A stretch of DNA of 64,000 bases from Stegostoma tigrinum (Eukaryota), in contig NW_026728611.1 in assembly GCF_030684315.1 (NCBI RefSeq), positions 310,001 to 374,000 of the forward strand. Reading direction: 5' to 3'. The translations under genes were made by a program, and so were the position numbers. Shown in pieces: positions 1-14,200 of the stretch (its first letter is position 1; each line of letters begins with the position of its first letter). A model generated the notes under the pieces. That model ran no database searches and had not been told where the DNA came from. It saw nothing but the letters and a program-made list of their open reading frames with translations.

Positions 1-77
1 GCCTCTGCTCTTGCTCTCGTGCTCGCTCTCTCGCACGCTCTCGCACTCTCTTGCACTCTCTCGCGCGCTCTCTCTCT
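1..77. repeat. CT/CTCGC-rich simple repeat
   Basis: Iterated ctctcg/ctct units. Confidence 0.8.
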
Positions 78-429
78 GTCCAAGGCCCCTCCAATCAATC
101 TGTTCACCCCCATGCCTTTTAGTAGTCTCTGCATTTTGCACTTCTCCTTCAATGTGCTGCATCCTTGATTTTTTTTTCTGAATGATTGTCTGCACACCAC
201 TCACCATCCCTCAATCCTTGTTCTGCCAATAACAGTCTCCACCAAAAGTACAACAGTCCTTAATTCTGTAAGATTCTGCAGTTCCTGAATATCTATCTAT
301 CTATCTAACCTCTAGCCATCACTTTTAACCCACTCTCACTGAACGTCTCTGCACATTTGCAACAGGGCAGCTGGAATGATAGCGCAAAGTGAAGTGAACA
401 GATAACGTTGTGTTTCACTCTGATCTAGT

Positions 430-2290
430 TAAGAGATGAGATGTTGCAGGGAAGACGGCCATTTCGCCCACTGTGCCTGGTCCACCATTGAATGTGATCG
501 TTGCTGCTCTGATAATCTTCATCTCTACTTTCATGCCTTTTCAAAGTGACCCTGATTCCCTCACTGATTTAAAAACCTGGCGATCTCTGCAGGTAATCCG
601 GCTTCTACAGCCCTCTCCACTGAGTAAGTAACAGATTGTCTACCCTCTGGTGAAATTCCTCCTCATCTCCTTGAATGAGTGAGCCCTTCGTGTGATTTTT
701 GTAACCTCCATTTCTAGATTCTCACGCAAGGGGAGCCAAATTCTTTGCACTGACCCTGTATAAACCCTAAAGAGTCTTCAATGTATCAAAAGATTTACCT
801 TTTATTCTAAATTCCAAAGAGTTCGAGTTCAATCTTTTCCATGTCTTCTCATTAAAATCTCTACATAAAGAGGATCAATCTTCCGATTTTTCTATGGACT
901 GCCTCTCAGGCAAAAATATTTATTCTCCCTGCATAGAGGCAATACTGATCACAGTATTCTCGGTGTGGGCCAAGTAGTGCATTCTAGATTTTTTGAAAAC
1001 TTCCCTATTTCCATTCTCTATCCCCTTTGAAATGCCAGCATTCCATTGACCTTCTCTATGACATGCTGAACCTGAATGAAACCTTTTGAGTTTGAGACAC
1101 AAGGAATCCGAAGTTGCAATCAATGTGAAACCAAGAGGTGACAGTAATAATCAGGAAAGGACTGGAATGAATGATAAACGCTAAGCCAGAAATGATAACT
1201 GCACACTTGGAAATCAGGTAGGTGAAGCATAGGCCAAAGAAGTTTAAATTATGGGAGTGGAGTAAACACATTCATTCCGTCGAGTCTGCTCCACCATTTG
1301 ACTGTGGCTTCTATATTTCTCAGCCCCGTTCTCTTGCCATGACCGCCTTGGAGCCTGATCCCCTTATTCATCAGGAACCGACCTATCTCCGTCTTCAAGT
1401 CATTCAGTGATTTCGCCTCCACAGCCCTCTGTGACAATGCACAGATTCACCACCTTCTGACTGAAGAAATTCCTCCACACCTCAGCTCTAAAGTGTTGTG
1501 CCTTCACACGGAGCTCTGCCCTAGACTCTCCTACCAATGGAAACATCTTCTCCATTTCCACTCTCTCCACACCCCTCCGTATTCTGTCAGTTTGAACGAA
1601 ATGCTGCCTCCTCCATTGAAACCTCATCAAATACAGACAAAGAGCCCTTAACTGTTTCTCATTTGACAACCACCTCATCCATAGCATCTTTCTTGTAAAC
1701 TGTTTTTCTATTCCCTCCAAGAGAAGCACAGCCTTCCTTCAGTCTGGGTCCCAAAACTGCTCACAATGTTCCATAGGCTGTCTGAGCTGAGCTTTTTGGA
1801 GCCTCAGCAGTACATTTCTGCTTCTCTCTGGAAATAAGTGCTAAAATTTCCGATGCCTTTTCGACTCAAACTGAACCTTTGTGTTCAACTGAAGAGTATA
1901 CAGAACCAGGATTGCAAGACCCTTGTGCTTCAGATTTTTCGCCATTTAGAAAATAGTCTACACCTCGATTTTTTCCGACCAAAGTTCATGAACGCATAAT
2001 TTCAACACATTGGGTTCCATCTGCCACTTTGTTTCCCATTCTCGTACCTGTTTTTCTACAGCCTTCGCTTTTCCTCAGCACTATCTGTCTCTGCACCTCT
2101 TCTAGCTGATGACACAACATTAGCAACAATACCCTCACTTTCTTCGTCCAGACTGCTAACATATAACATGTGCACTTTTGGTCCCAACACAGACTGCTGT
2201 GGAACTCCACACATCACTGGCTGCCATCCTTGAAAAATCCCTTTAACCCACTGTCTGTTTCAGCCAATCCACTATCCGTGCCAAGGATGT
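430..2290 (-). mobile_element. Degenerate CR1-type LINE 3' fragments
   Basis: Minus-strand translation resembles the CR1 ORF2 C-terminus (RNFFSQKVVNL, EKMFPLVGESR), and the CR1-like 3' tail is present. Many stops. Confidence 0.65.
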
Positions 2291-2639
2291 TGTTATGAAA
2301 GGCAAATTTTGATGGACGGACCCTGTTGGATTTGTCATTTTTCTGACGAAAAACAGAATAGATCGAAGGAGAGGAATTATTTGTTTGAATTTTCAGAAAC
2401 CTTTGAAAACCTGGCCACTGAAGAGGTCGATAAATAAAATAGGCACGTGTGGGCTTGGACGGAATGTAATGGCAACGATTGTGAATTCTTTATCAGACAG
2501 AAAACTGAGTGGAAATAAATGAATTTGTGCTGGGCCTTCAACAACTCACATGTTGGGTCAATGAACTTGTTAGATGAACAAAATTTGATGTTTCTGTGGA
2601 CTAGGAGATAGCAAGAACAACATTTGCCGGAAGTCAGAT

Positions 2640-2790
2640 TCGATACAATGTGGGGCTGGAGGAACACTGCAGGCCAGGCAGCATCAGATGATCAGGAAGG
2701 GTCTCAACCCAAAAGGTCAACTTTCCTGCTCCTCTAAATACTGCCTAACCTGCTGTGTTCCTTCAGCTCCACGTTGTATCGTCTCTAATG
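2640..2790. mobile_element. Miniature inverted PLE-tail element
   Basis: An inverted pair of PLE 3'-tail arms (gtggggctggaggaacactgcagg ... cctgctgtgttccttcagctccac) surrounds a decayed hammerhead-like core. Confidence 0.55.
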
Positions 2791-3359
2791 GCGTTGTGAC
2801 AAAACTAGATGGCAAGGAGATTTGTGTGAAGAAGCAAGGGGTGCGTCAACAGTCTGTGAGTTTCTCTATTTTTAAAATGATTTAAAAGATTATTTATGGG
2901 GTGAAGACATCACTGGCTAGGCCATCTCTATGGTGGTGTTCTGCTGCCTTCGGGACCTCCTGCAATCCTTTCGGTGTAGGGACAGGCAGAGTAATGTTAG
3001 GATGCCGCGTGGCTTGGAGGTGACGTTGGGAATACTGGTAATCGGATGCAACTGTTTCTCCTGTTCTTCTTGATGATACTTGTTCCTGGTTTGTGAAGTA
3101 CTGTGGGAAGAGACTTCCTGAGTGAGCTCAGTGCTGCTTGGTGAGCTTTGTTTCATTCGTTCATTCATGGGATGTGGGCATTGCTGTCTGAGCAAGCACG
3201 TATTGCAGATTTTCATTCACCCCAGAGAAGGTGGTGCTGAACTTCTGCCTTGAGCCACTGCACCAGCCATTGGAAATGTTGTTACCTGTGTAGCCCCCAC
3301 CAGTTACTACAACACTCCTCATGTCTGTGATTGCATCCAAAAGCCTCTTCATGGCTAAT

Positions 3360-5480
3360 ACCCTTCAAGCCAAACAGCATCCTGGTAGCCCATTTTGATA
3401 CCCTGTCCAACACATGTACATCCTTCTGCTGGCAAATGTGACCAAACTAAATTTGCACTCAACTGCAACGTGACTGTTTTTGTACTCTGTGCCCTGATGT
3501 TTAAAAGCATGAAATATGCTTTTTTGACCACAATGTCCAGTTATGTTGCCACTTTTGGGGAACAATGAACCAGTACACCTGGATCCCTTTTACTTATTGC
3601 TGTTACAAAGATTTCTTCAATTTACTGTATCGTCCGCTTCTGCATTCAGTCTTCCAAAATGCATTACCTTGCACTTGCCCACATGGAATCACAGCTGCCT
3701 TTCCACTATCCAAAATGCAGCCTATCTCTGTCCTGTTTTATCCTTTTGGTAATTGTCCCCACGATCCATTGTCCACAATCTTTGAGTCATCCAGAAAACT
3801 ACTGATCAGGCTATTTACATTCATTTATCTATTTTACAAAGAAAACCTGACTCAGCACCAATCTCTGCAACAAACACACCTCCCGTTTAAAAAAAAACAC
3901 TGTTCCAGCATACTATGGCCAAGCCAGTTCCGTATCCATCTTAACAGCTCAGCGCAGATCTACTTGACTTCACATTCTGTATTATCGTGCGATGAGGAAT
4001 CTTATCAAACGTCTTGAGACCATCCATATGGACACCACCCAGCCCCATGATCTCATAAGTCATCTTTTGTCCCTTATTCACAATATTCTATCAAGTTTGT
4101 GAGACATGACGTACCATGCACAAAGCCACACGGTCTATTGTTAACAAGTCCAAGTTTTCCAAAAATAAGTAAATTCTATCCCAAAGAACCTTCTCCAATA
4201 ATTTCCCAACTACTGACCTCAGGTTTACAGATCTGTAATTTCCTTTCTTATCCTCGTTGCCCTTAAAGGAACAACATTGGCTATTCTCTAATACTCTAGT
4301 ACCTATCCTGTCACTAAAGAGGACACAAAGATTTTGTATCAGGCCCGAGAAAATTATTCCCTCAGATTCTGTGATGAATTCCATCAGGATCTCAGACTTT
4401 TCTACCGGAATGCTTTTCAGATCACCCAGCACCACCACTTTTTTTAAAATATTGAAATGCTCTCGAACATCAAGGCACCCCTTTTCTAGAATGACCATCC
4501 ATCATACCCTTCCCCTCTGCCAATGCCAATGTAAGTATTCTTCAAAGATTTTACGCACTTCATCTACCTTCATGCATAAATTCCCTTCTTTGCCCTTGGG
4601 TGGGTGTAACCTTTCCCTCCCTAATCTCTTGTTCTTTATACTCTGTAAAATGGTTTGGGATTTTCCTTAATCCGGGTCTGGCAAAGATATTTCATGGCCC
4701 ATTTTATACCTCCCAAAACATTCCTGTTTTCTTTATGTTTTTGAGAGCTCTGTCTGCCTTCAGTTTCCGAAATCTTATGTATGCCTTATTTTTCTTTCTG
4801 ACTAAGCTCATGATTTATCTTGTGGCCCAAAGTTTCCAAATCTTGCCATTCTTACCACCATGTGCCAATCACCAGATTTCATGTTCCTAAATCCTTATAT
4901 CTGCTTGTAACGTTGAAAGGGGTCTGATGGATTTCTCAGATGATTCTCTCAAGTTGTTCATTATAGCCCATGTCGTTGAGGCCTCCTTACATTTCAATCT
5001 ACCTTGTGTGTCTTTTTTTTTGTTAATCCTTATTTTAGTTTTATTTTCATTTTCTGTATTGAAAAAAAATCTCAAAGATCACCTTTGATGTTTCTTGCCA
5101 ATGTGATTTCTCTTACACTGTTCGCTTTCTAATTTCTTCTTGATTTGTACCTCTCCATATTCCACAATCTTCTCAGATCTTTGTTGCTTTTAGCTACTAT
5201 TGTCTGACATAATGTTTCTTTTTCTGCCTGAAAGTTTCCTGGACTTTCAGGGATCTCTGGATTTAGGAGCTTGCCCCTTTTTACTTTGCATTTTCTTGAA
5301 ACTGTGTTAATTTCCTCTCTGGATACCTGCCACTGCTCTGATTCTGATTCATCATCTTGTTGCTGCTTCTAGTTCACATTCAGTAAATCTCTTCTCAGTT
5401 CAGTAAAATTGGATTTACTCGAATTAAATATATAGCTCTTAGTCCATCTTTGTTTTTGTTTTTCAATAAAATTATATAAT
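3360..5480 (-). mobile_element. Degenerate CR1-type LINE ORF2 fragments
   Basis: ORF 4091-4498 contains KGNYRSVNLRSVVGKLLEKVLWDRIYLFLE (the NYRPVSL RT-upstream motif). Confidence 0.7.
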
Positions 5481-5499
5481 ACATAACACATTACATAAT

Positions 5500-7160
5500 A
5501 CTCAGCACTGTTCATGACTCCTCAGACACTGAAGCAGTCGTGTCAAAATACAACAAGATGTAGACTATATTCAGGCTTGGGTTGACAATTGGCAAGTAAC
5601 ATTTGCGCCACATAAAAGCCAGGCCAATAGTGAAGTGCATCTTGTAAATATTATACACCCTGCTGTTATTGAACGTCAGTTGTGGAAGGAATGGATCATA
5701 ATGGATGTAGTGCCAATAAAACTGGCCGCTTTTTCTTGGGTCGAGCCAAACCTCACTATTGATGCACTCCTTAAGGAAAGTGTGGGATATTCCACCATAC
5801 TCCTGGCCTGCGCCTTGTAAATGATGATCTAGCTTATGGGATTCAGAAGATGAGTTACTCGTTGCAGTGTTCCTAGCCGATGACTTGCTTTTGTATAAAC
5901 TGTGTTGATCTGGTGAGCCCAGTTGACGTTTTGAGTAATTCGAACTCTTAGGATGATAGTGGGGCATTTAGTCACGGTAACACCATTGAATTCATGGGGC
6001 TGTGGTTAGATTGCCTCTTATTGGTGAAGGCCACGGCCTGGCTTTTATCTGGCACAAATGGTACTTGCCACTTGTCAACCCAAGCCTGAGTATGGTCCAC
6101 ATCTTGTTGCAGTTTGACACGACTGCTTCAGTGTCTGAGGAGTCATGAATAGTACTGAATATTATGTAAAAATTGGCAAACATGGTTACCTCTGACTTTA
6201 AGATGGAGAGAACGTCATTAATGAAGCGGATGAAAATGGTTGGGCTGAAGACACTACGCTGAGGAACTCCTGCAGAGACGTCCAGGAGCTGAGATGATTC
6301 ATCTCCAACAGCTACCATTTTCTTCTGACGTGCCATGTATTACACCAATCACCAGGCATTTTGCACCGGATACCTAGTGATTCCGGTTTTGATGGGCACC
6401 TTGATGCTGCACTCACGGTCAAATGCAGCTTTGCTGTCAAAGGCTGTTACACTCACCTAACTTCTGGAATTCAGCTCAGTTGTCTATGTTGAATCAAGCC
6501 TGGAAGGAGGCCAGGAGCTGAGCGACCCTGGCAGAATCCAAACTGTGTGTCACTGAGCAGCTTATTGGTAATACAAGGTAAAATTTAAAAGCAGCATGAT
6601 TTCAAGCTTCTGATTTGCTGTTGTAAACACTGCAGGAAGATGCAACACAAAGGGAGTTGGGCTCTTTCTACGTGAAACACAAAGCTAGCACGTAGGTGCA
6701 GCAAGTAACCTGGAAGACAAATTGAATATTTGCCCTTATTTCAATGGAAAAAAATGGTAAAGGATTTAGCAATGGTAATGTCAAATGTTAATGGTGAGAT
6801 TCTCAATGTTCATGATGGTCATTGTCTGATATTTGTGTGGTACATATGTTGTGCGCTGCATGTTTACCCAAGCTCACATGGAGTCCAGATCGTATTGCAT
6901 TGGGAAATGGACTGCTTCAGTGATGAGTTGCAAATGCTGCTGAACATTGAGCTGTCATCTGCAAACAACCCCAATCCTGATCTTATGATGGAGGGAAGCT
7001 CATTGAAGCAGGTGAAGAATTTTGGGCATATCAAACTCCACTGAGGAACTCCTGCAGTGAAATTCTGAAGCTCAAAAAACTGACTTCCTAAACCTATAAT
7101 CATCTTCCTCTGGTCCAGGTCATGTCTCATGTCAATGGAAAGTTGCCCCTTGATTCTCAT
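5500..7160 (-). mobile_element. Degenerate CR1/L2-group LINE RT fragments (mostly minus strand)
   Basis: SAGVPQRSVFSPTIFIRFINDV...MFAN (5992-6336) and AGVPQW...FNELPSIIRSGLGLFADDS (6864-7160) correspond to the RT GVPQGS and FADD motifs. Confidence 0.7.
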
Positions 7161-7329
7161 GAGACCATAAGATCTAGGGACACCAGTAGGATATTGTGCT
7201 CCTCAAGTCATGCATCGATTTATTGAGGTTCTCAAAACACAGGATAACTAACAGCAAGAAAGGCAAGTTCAATTAATGCATGGGAACACGAAGAACTTGA
7301 ATCAGGGATCAGACCAAAGTCAAAACAGT

Positions 7330-8135
7330 TTTCAGAGCAAAGAAAGCCTATTGGAGGAGATCTTGAGAGACTAGATATTCATGCATTTGGAAAGGCAATG
7401 ATTGATCAGGGATAGTCAGCACAACTTTGTGTGTGGAAAAGTCTGCCTCAGAAATTTGATTTGTATATTTTCAGGAGGTAGCCAGGAGATGGATAAAGGC
7501 AGAGTGGTACGTGCTTGTTAACAAGACCTTAGGTAGGGTTCAGCATGATAGACTGTTTAATGAGGTAAGATCACATGGGCTCCCAGGAGAGGTTGCCAAC
7601 TTGGTACAAAATAGGCTTGATGGTGGTGGGAGACAGTGGGTGCTGGTAGAGGTTTGTTGACTGGAGGTCAGTGCTTCAAGGTTCGGTGCTCGATTAACTG
7701 TTGCGTGGCGTTTCTATTAACAATTTGAATGGGAAGATATGAGTCGTGGTTAGTAAGTTTGTAGGTGACCGTAAAATTGGTGTAGCGGACTGTGAAGATG
7801 GGTAGCTAAGAGGACAGCAGGATCTTGATCTACTGGGCCAGTGGGATGAGGAATGGCAGATGGAGATTAAGATAGGTAAATATGAGATATTACATCATGG
7901 AAAGACAAATCGGGGCACGACGGAAACAGCTAATGGTAGTTCCCTGTGTAGTGCTGTCCAACAGAGACTTGGGTTGCAACTATGTACGTATATGAAAGTG
8001 GCATCAGAGGGAAATCGGGTGGTGACGGTGGCTTTTGACAGATTTGCCTTCATTGGTCAGAGCAAGGGGAACATGAGTTGGGATGTCATTCTGTGGCTGC
8101 TCATGATATATTTGACGCCACCATGCGAGCATCAT
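7330..8135 (+). mobile_element. Degenerate CR1 RT fragment
   Basis: Decayed SQHGF/GKSCL, FDKV and KFADDTKIG-like motifs; similar to 8836-9968. Confidence 0.65.
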
Positions 8136-8835
8136 TGATTATCAGGAAAAAAACTCTTCTGATTCACTTCTGTCCTTTAAGGAAGGGCACGTGACATTCT
8201 TGGCTGGTCTGGCTGACGTGACTGCACACCCACAGAAATATGCCTGACTCTGACCTGCGCTCTGACAATTCGTCGTGGGCAATGATTGCTGGACAGGCCA
8301 GAGACATACTCTTGACATGAATTATTTTTTTTTAAAAAGTACATGTTCCCCCCCTGCCCCCAGCCCCCCATCACTGCAAACACCTCCAGCTCCCACAATT
8401 CATCCTGTGTGTGTAACATCGTTCAGGACCTTGCCACCCTCCATAATGCTTTCACATTCTCCAGCACCTTCAACTCTCCCTGTTCCTATCATTTCCTTCA
8501 GTCTCAACAATGTTTCCTCTTCCCACTGCACTCCCCTACAAAGAGATGCCTTGCAATCTTTTTAACACCTACGCCCATAATGTGGTAACTCACTGTTCCT
8601 AAAATATTCCCTTTGTTCAGATTTGTTGTTTTTTTTTGTGTGGATTTCTCCGCCTCTACCAATTGAATTTGTTGAGTTACACCCTGAATCACATGTTTGG
8701 CTGAGTTTTTGTCAGTTTCAATGGAATGTTGTTTTGATGAATGTTTCACACAGTTCCATCAAATGTTTTCCACTGTTCATTTACAGAGATCCATTTCAGT
8801 CTTTTCACCCTATTTACCTCGGTGAGTTCTCCTCA

Positions 8836-9968
8836 GGCTGATGGAGAAAATGAAGTCGCATGGGGTCCAGGGTGTGCTCGCTAGATGACTCAAACTGGCT
8901 AGGCATCAGGAGCCAAAGAATAGTAGTGGAATGGAGTTTCTCAAATTCAACACCGGTGACCACTGGTGTTCTACACGGATCTGTGCGGGGACCACTGTTG
9001 TTTGTGATATACGTAAATAATTTGGAGGAAGGTATAGGTGGGCTGATTAGCAAGTTTGCAGATGACACGAAGATTGGTGGAGTAGCAGATAGTGAAGGGG
9101 ACTATCAAACATTACAGCAGAATATAGATAGATTGGAGAGTTGGGCAGATAAATGGCAAATGGAGTTCAATCCAGGCAAATGTGAGGTGATGTGTTTTGG
9201 AAGATCTAATTCACGAACAAATGATACAGTAGATGTAAAAATCCTGGGAAAAATTGATGTACAGAGAGATCTGGGTGTTCAGGTCCATTATTCCGTGAAA
9301 GTGGCAACGCAGTACAATTGAGTGTCAAGAAGGCATACCTTATGCTTTCCTTCATTGGACGGGGTATTGTGTACAAGAGTTGGCAGGTCATGTTACGCTT
9401 GTACAAGACTTTGATTCAGCCACATTAAGAGTACTGTGTACAGTTCTGGCCATAACATTATCAAAAGGATGTGGACGCTTTGGAGAGGGAGCAGAGGAGG
9501 TTCACCAGGATGTTGCCTGTTATGGAGGGCGCTGGCTATGAAGAAAGGTTGAGTAGATTAGGATTATTTTCATTAGAAAGACGGAGATTCAGGGGCGACC
9601 TGATTGAGGTCCAGAAAATGACGAGGGGTACAGTCAAGGTGGATTGCAAGGAACTTGTTTCTCCACAGTGGGGGACTCAATTACTCGGAGTCATGAGTTC
9701 AAAGGAAGAGGAGAAAAGCTTAGGGGAGATATGTGTGGAAAGTTCTTCTGTGGTGGGTGCTGGAAGGCATTGCCAGCGGAGGTGGTAGACGCAGACACGG
9801 CAGTGACTTTTAAGATGTATCTGGACAGGTACATGGATGGGCAGGGAGTAAAGGGATACAGACTCTTTGAAAATAGGTGACAGGTTTAGACAGAGGATCT
9901 CGATCGGTGCAGTCTTGAATGGCTCAAGGGCCTGTTCCTGTGCTGTAATTTTCTTTGTTCTTTGTTCT
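8836..9968 (+). mobile_element. Relatively young 5'-truncated CR1 LINE
   Basis: ORF 8860-9321 has TGVLHGSVRGPLLFVIYVNNL...ISKFADDTKIGG...WQMEFNPGKCEV. Downstream ERRRFRGDLIEV. Ends in a (TTTGTTC)n tail. Absent at the paralogous site near 19170. Confidence 0.92.
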
Positions 9969-10681
9969 AAAATTCATACAGTTGATTTTTTTCTTGTTTC
10001 TGATTATTGCTTGTTCTTTGTGTGATCACTTTAAAACTTTATAATCCCTTTGAATTCCACTTTTCCACAATTTCCCAGAGGATATCTTGGTGTGACATTA
10101 TTCATTTACTCAACTTCACCACTCAATGGTCGGTCTGCGATAGTTATGTCCCTAGCCAGTTGCACAACGTGTTATTCAAAGAAACACTGACAAAAACATT
10201 CTCTCAGCTCCTCTTCAAATGCTACTATTTTATTGCACACTCTTTGTCCACTCCAAAAACCAACATTGTAATGTACGTTTTAGCACAATATCCTGTCACA
10301 AACCTCTTCACTGATGTACAGTTTTGGTGAAACTCTGTGCTTCCTGTCCATTCTGTTTGTCTTTAGCCACATCACCGTGCTGTTCCAATGCTTCACATGC
10401 TCTGTTTTGATTTGGAAATCTCCTTTCCCCTGTAGCCCCATCTCAGCACCCTCTGTCAGTTTCAAGCCCTGCCTACAAACATAATGACATGAGCAGCCAG
10501 GACACTGGTCCCAACACGGTTCCAGTCATTATTTATTCACTCATGAGATGTGGGTGTCTCTATTTGGCCAACATTTATTATCCAACCCTAGCAACCCCTG
10601 AACTGAATGATTTGCTGTGTTGATGACTAGCTGTGCCTTTTCAGAGGGTATTTGAGAGTCTGTTACATGTAGGCCTGACCA

Positions 10682-11104
10682 AGTGTTAAAGGGGGAACAC
10701 AGACCAGAGAGATGAGAAGCAGCATTATCATCCTGCTTTGGGAAATTAGTTTTCATTTAACTTGTGCTGATCCTCACAAAGAAAGCACAGGGATGGAGTG
10801 ATAACTGTGTACTTTCTGTTCTGGCTACGGAAGGCACAGTACACCAATATTGAAAGTGAGGATGGCAGATTTCCTTCCCTGATTACGCAGTTAGGCAGAA
10901 TCACTAATTCGTCATTTAAAGGAGGCCTACTTTCAATATTGGTGTACTGTGCCTTCCGTAGCCAGAACAGAAAGTACATAGTTATCACTCCATCCCTGTG
11001 CTTTCTTCGTGAGGATCAGCACAAGTTAAATGAAAACTAATTTCCCAAAGCAGGGTGATAATGCTGCTTCTCATCTCTCTGGTCTGTGTTCCCCCTTTAA
11101 CACT
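10682..11104. repeat. Long inverted repeat: 176-bp arms (10682-10857 and 10929-11104), 71-bp spacer
   Basis: The arms are reverse complements with about 3 mismatches. They generate the mirror ORFs 10746-10988(-) and 10798-11040(+). Confidence 0.97.
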
Positions 11105-11294
11105 GTATCTACGTCTCATTGACCAGTGTCTTCAAACATTCTAACTCCTATAACTGCTCCTATTTCTGTCACCCCCTCCCCTCTCTACAATCCCTCTATA
11201 CATTTGAAACATACTCCAGTCCTGACCACCACCCCTATCTCTGTAACTTGCTTCAGTCTCTGCAACATGCCTTATCTCAATAGTCTCTTCTTCC

Positions 11295-14200
11295 AGGAAC
11301 TGGAGTCGTAGAGTTGTGCAGCACAGAAACAGAGTTTTTTGCCCAACTCATCCGTGCTGACCTGGTTTCCCGAACTGAGCATGTCACATTGGCCTGTGTT
11401 TGACTTGTATCCTTTCAAACCTTTCCTATCTGTGTACCAGCCCCAATGTCTTTTCACTGTTGTAATTGTACTTACCTCCACCACTTCCTCTGGCACCTCG
11501 TTCCATATTTGCACCATTCTCTGTGGGAAACGTTACCCCTCAGGTCTGTTTTAAAACATTCCCTTCTCACCTCAAACCTACGCTCTCTACTTTTGGACTC
11601 CCCTACCCTGGGCGCAAAGACCTTGTATATTCACCTTATCTATACTGCTCAGGCATTCATAAACCTCCTGAAAGGTCACCCCACAGACTCCTATGCTTGA
11701 AGGAATTATCTCTGCTCGGAGTCTAACAAATTCATCCCCGATTTCGCGAAAGTCCTCAGATACACTTGGCAAGCTTTTTAAGACCTCCAGCATCACTCTT
11801 CTGAATTGCGAACTCTTTTCAAAGCATCACTCTTTATTTTTATGAATGTGCTAGTCTTTCTCCACAGTAAGTACTGACGTGAAAAACTGTTTAATGGCTC
11901 ACCTACCTCCTGTGGTTGTCCATATCAGTGGCTTCATTCATCTCTATGCATCCCTGTTTTCTTCCTCATCACTTTTTTGCTCTTAATATACATGGAGAAT
12001 CTCTCTGTATTCTCCCTAATTTTATCGGCCAAAGTTATCTTGCATCACATTTTTGCCCTCCGGATTTCCTTTATAAAGTGTATTCCTATACTCCCATACT
12101 CCTCAAGGGATTAATTTGATTCAGCTATATATCCCCTTTTTCTTGACCAGAGCCTCTTTATCACCAGTCGTCCATAGTTTCCTACTTCGTTCAGCACCGC
12201 CCATCACACAAACGAGAACATATCGGCTCTGACCTCTCGCTTTTGAAAGCTTCCAACTTTCCAGATGCCCAATTACCTGCAAATAGTCTCCCCAATCAAC
12301 TTTTGAAATTTCCTGTCAAATACCATCAAAATTGGGATTGCCCGAGTTTATAGCTTTAGCTTGTGCTCCAGGCTAATCATTTCCCATAGCTTTTTTCAAA
12401 CTAATAAAATGGTGGTCACTTGCCAAAGTGCTGCCCCAACATCACCTCAATGTCTTGCCCCTTGTTTCGCACGTGGAGGTCAGCTTTTGCCTCTTCTTCA
12501 GTCGGGCTGTCTACGTATTTGTTGAGAGTTTCCTTTTAAAAACACTGAAAAAAATTCCTCCATCAAATTGCTTAACACTATGACAGTACCAGTCTAAGTT
12601 TCGAAAATTATAATCCCCTATTTTTCTTACAGATATCGACGATCTCAACATATTTGCTCTGCTGTGTTTGGTTGGCACTGCAGCCTCTCAGTAGCAGGGA
12701 CCCAGGCTCGAATCCAGCCTCGGGCAACTGTTTGTGTGGACTTTGCACATAGTCCCTGTGTATGCGTGCGTTTCCTCTGGGTGCTCTGGTTTCCTCCCAC
12801 AGTCCAAAGACGTGCAGGTTGCGTGAATTGGCCATGCTAAACAGTGTTCATGGGTGTGTGGGTTATAGGGGGATGGGTCTGGGTGGGATGCTGCAAGGGT
12901 CAATGTGGACTTGTTGGTCCGAAGGGCCTGTTTCCACACCGTAGAGATTCTATGATTCGATGATCTCCCAATATATTGGCCCCTAAATTTCTCACTGACT
13001 GTTGAGGGCCTGGCGTACAATTGTATCGAAGTAATCACCCATTCTGATTTCTCAATTCTGCTAACATCGCTTCACTGGGCAAATCCCCAGAATATTCTCT
13101 ATAAACACTGCCACCATGTTTTACCAATTCAAAAATCCCTCTTCCCTCCTATCCTGCCTCCCGCTCTGTCCTTCCTGTTGCGTCTGTACCCTGGAGCAAT
13201 GAGCTGCTCCTCCTTTCTTTCCCTCAGCATTGTTTCTGTCACACATTTGATATCCTAGTCCCAAATCCTCATCAGATTATCAGGCCCATTGCATTGAAAT
13301 ATATGCAGTTTAATTCATCAGTTTTACCTCATTTCCTGCCATGCTGTTGCCTGCCTTGTCTATTTAAATTGCTGTCTTGAACTTCTGTGCCAGCCTCTTT
13401 CTTGCGCAATTGCTGTTTGAGGTCCCATACTCCTGCTAGGCTGGATAAATCCTTTCGGGTACCTCTAACAATTCACCTTGCCCTTCCCCCAGTTCAGTTG
13501 ACTTCGCCACCCTGTTTATCTGTGCTGACAACTTCAGTGATCTGTGGACTTGTGTACCAGGGTCCCTTTTGTTTTTCAGTCCTCTTTGTGTACCTACTGC
13601 CCATTATGAATGTCCCTCACGTATCATACCTCCCACAGTGTATCACTTCACACTTATTAGACATAAGTTTCATCTGCCATTACTCTGCTCAATATCAATA
13701 TCAGACTGTCGTCTATGAACATCCATCTCTCTATGGACAACGTCCCAACCTTTCGTGTCTTCTGCAAACCTACTGATGATACGTCCTGCTCTCACAGCCA
13801 AGTCATTAATGTACAGAATAAACAGCAATGGACTCTGCACCGATCCCCGTGGTCTGCTGATGTTAAAAGGCTTTCAATCACAAAAAAATACTATCGAGGA
13901 GGTTTGGATCTAGTTTGCCCACTTGCCTCAAATCCCATGGGTTCTTACCTTTTGAACCAGCCTCCGATGTGCGACATTGTCAAAGACCTCACTGAGGTTC
14001 ATTGTAAACCACATCACCTGCACTGTCCTCATCAATATTTTTTAGACACAATGTCAAAGAACTGGAATGAATTCATCAGACAGGATCTCTCTTTCCTACA
14101 TCTATGCTGATTACTCCTGACTGATTTCTTCCTTTGCAAGTATTGATTTGTCCTTTGCCTCGAAAGTTTTTCCAATAAGCTCACTCCTACTGATGTCAGG

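Noticed and set aside
10746-11040. Pair of similar 80-aa ORFs on opposite strands (toxin/antisense-like)
   Set aside because: A consequence of the inverted repeat; non-ATG starts and no protein features.
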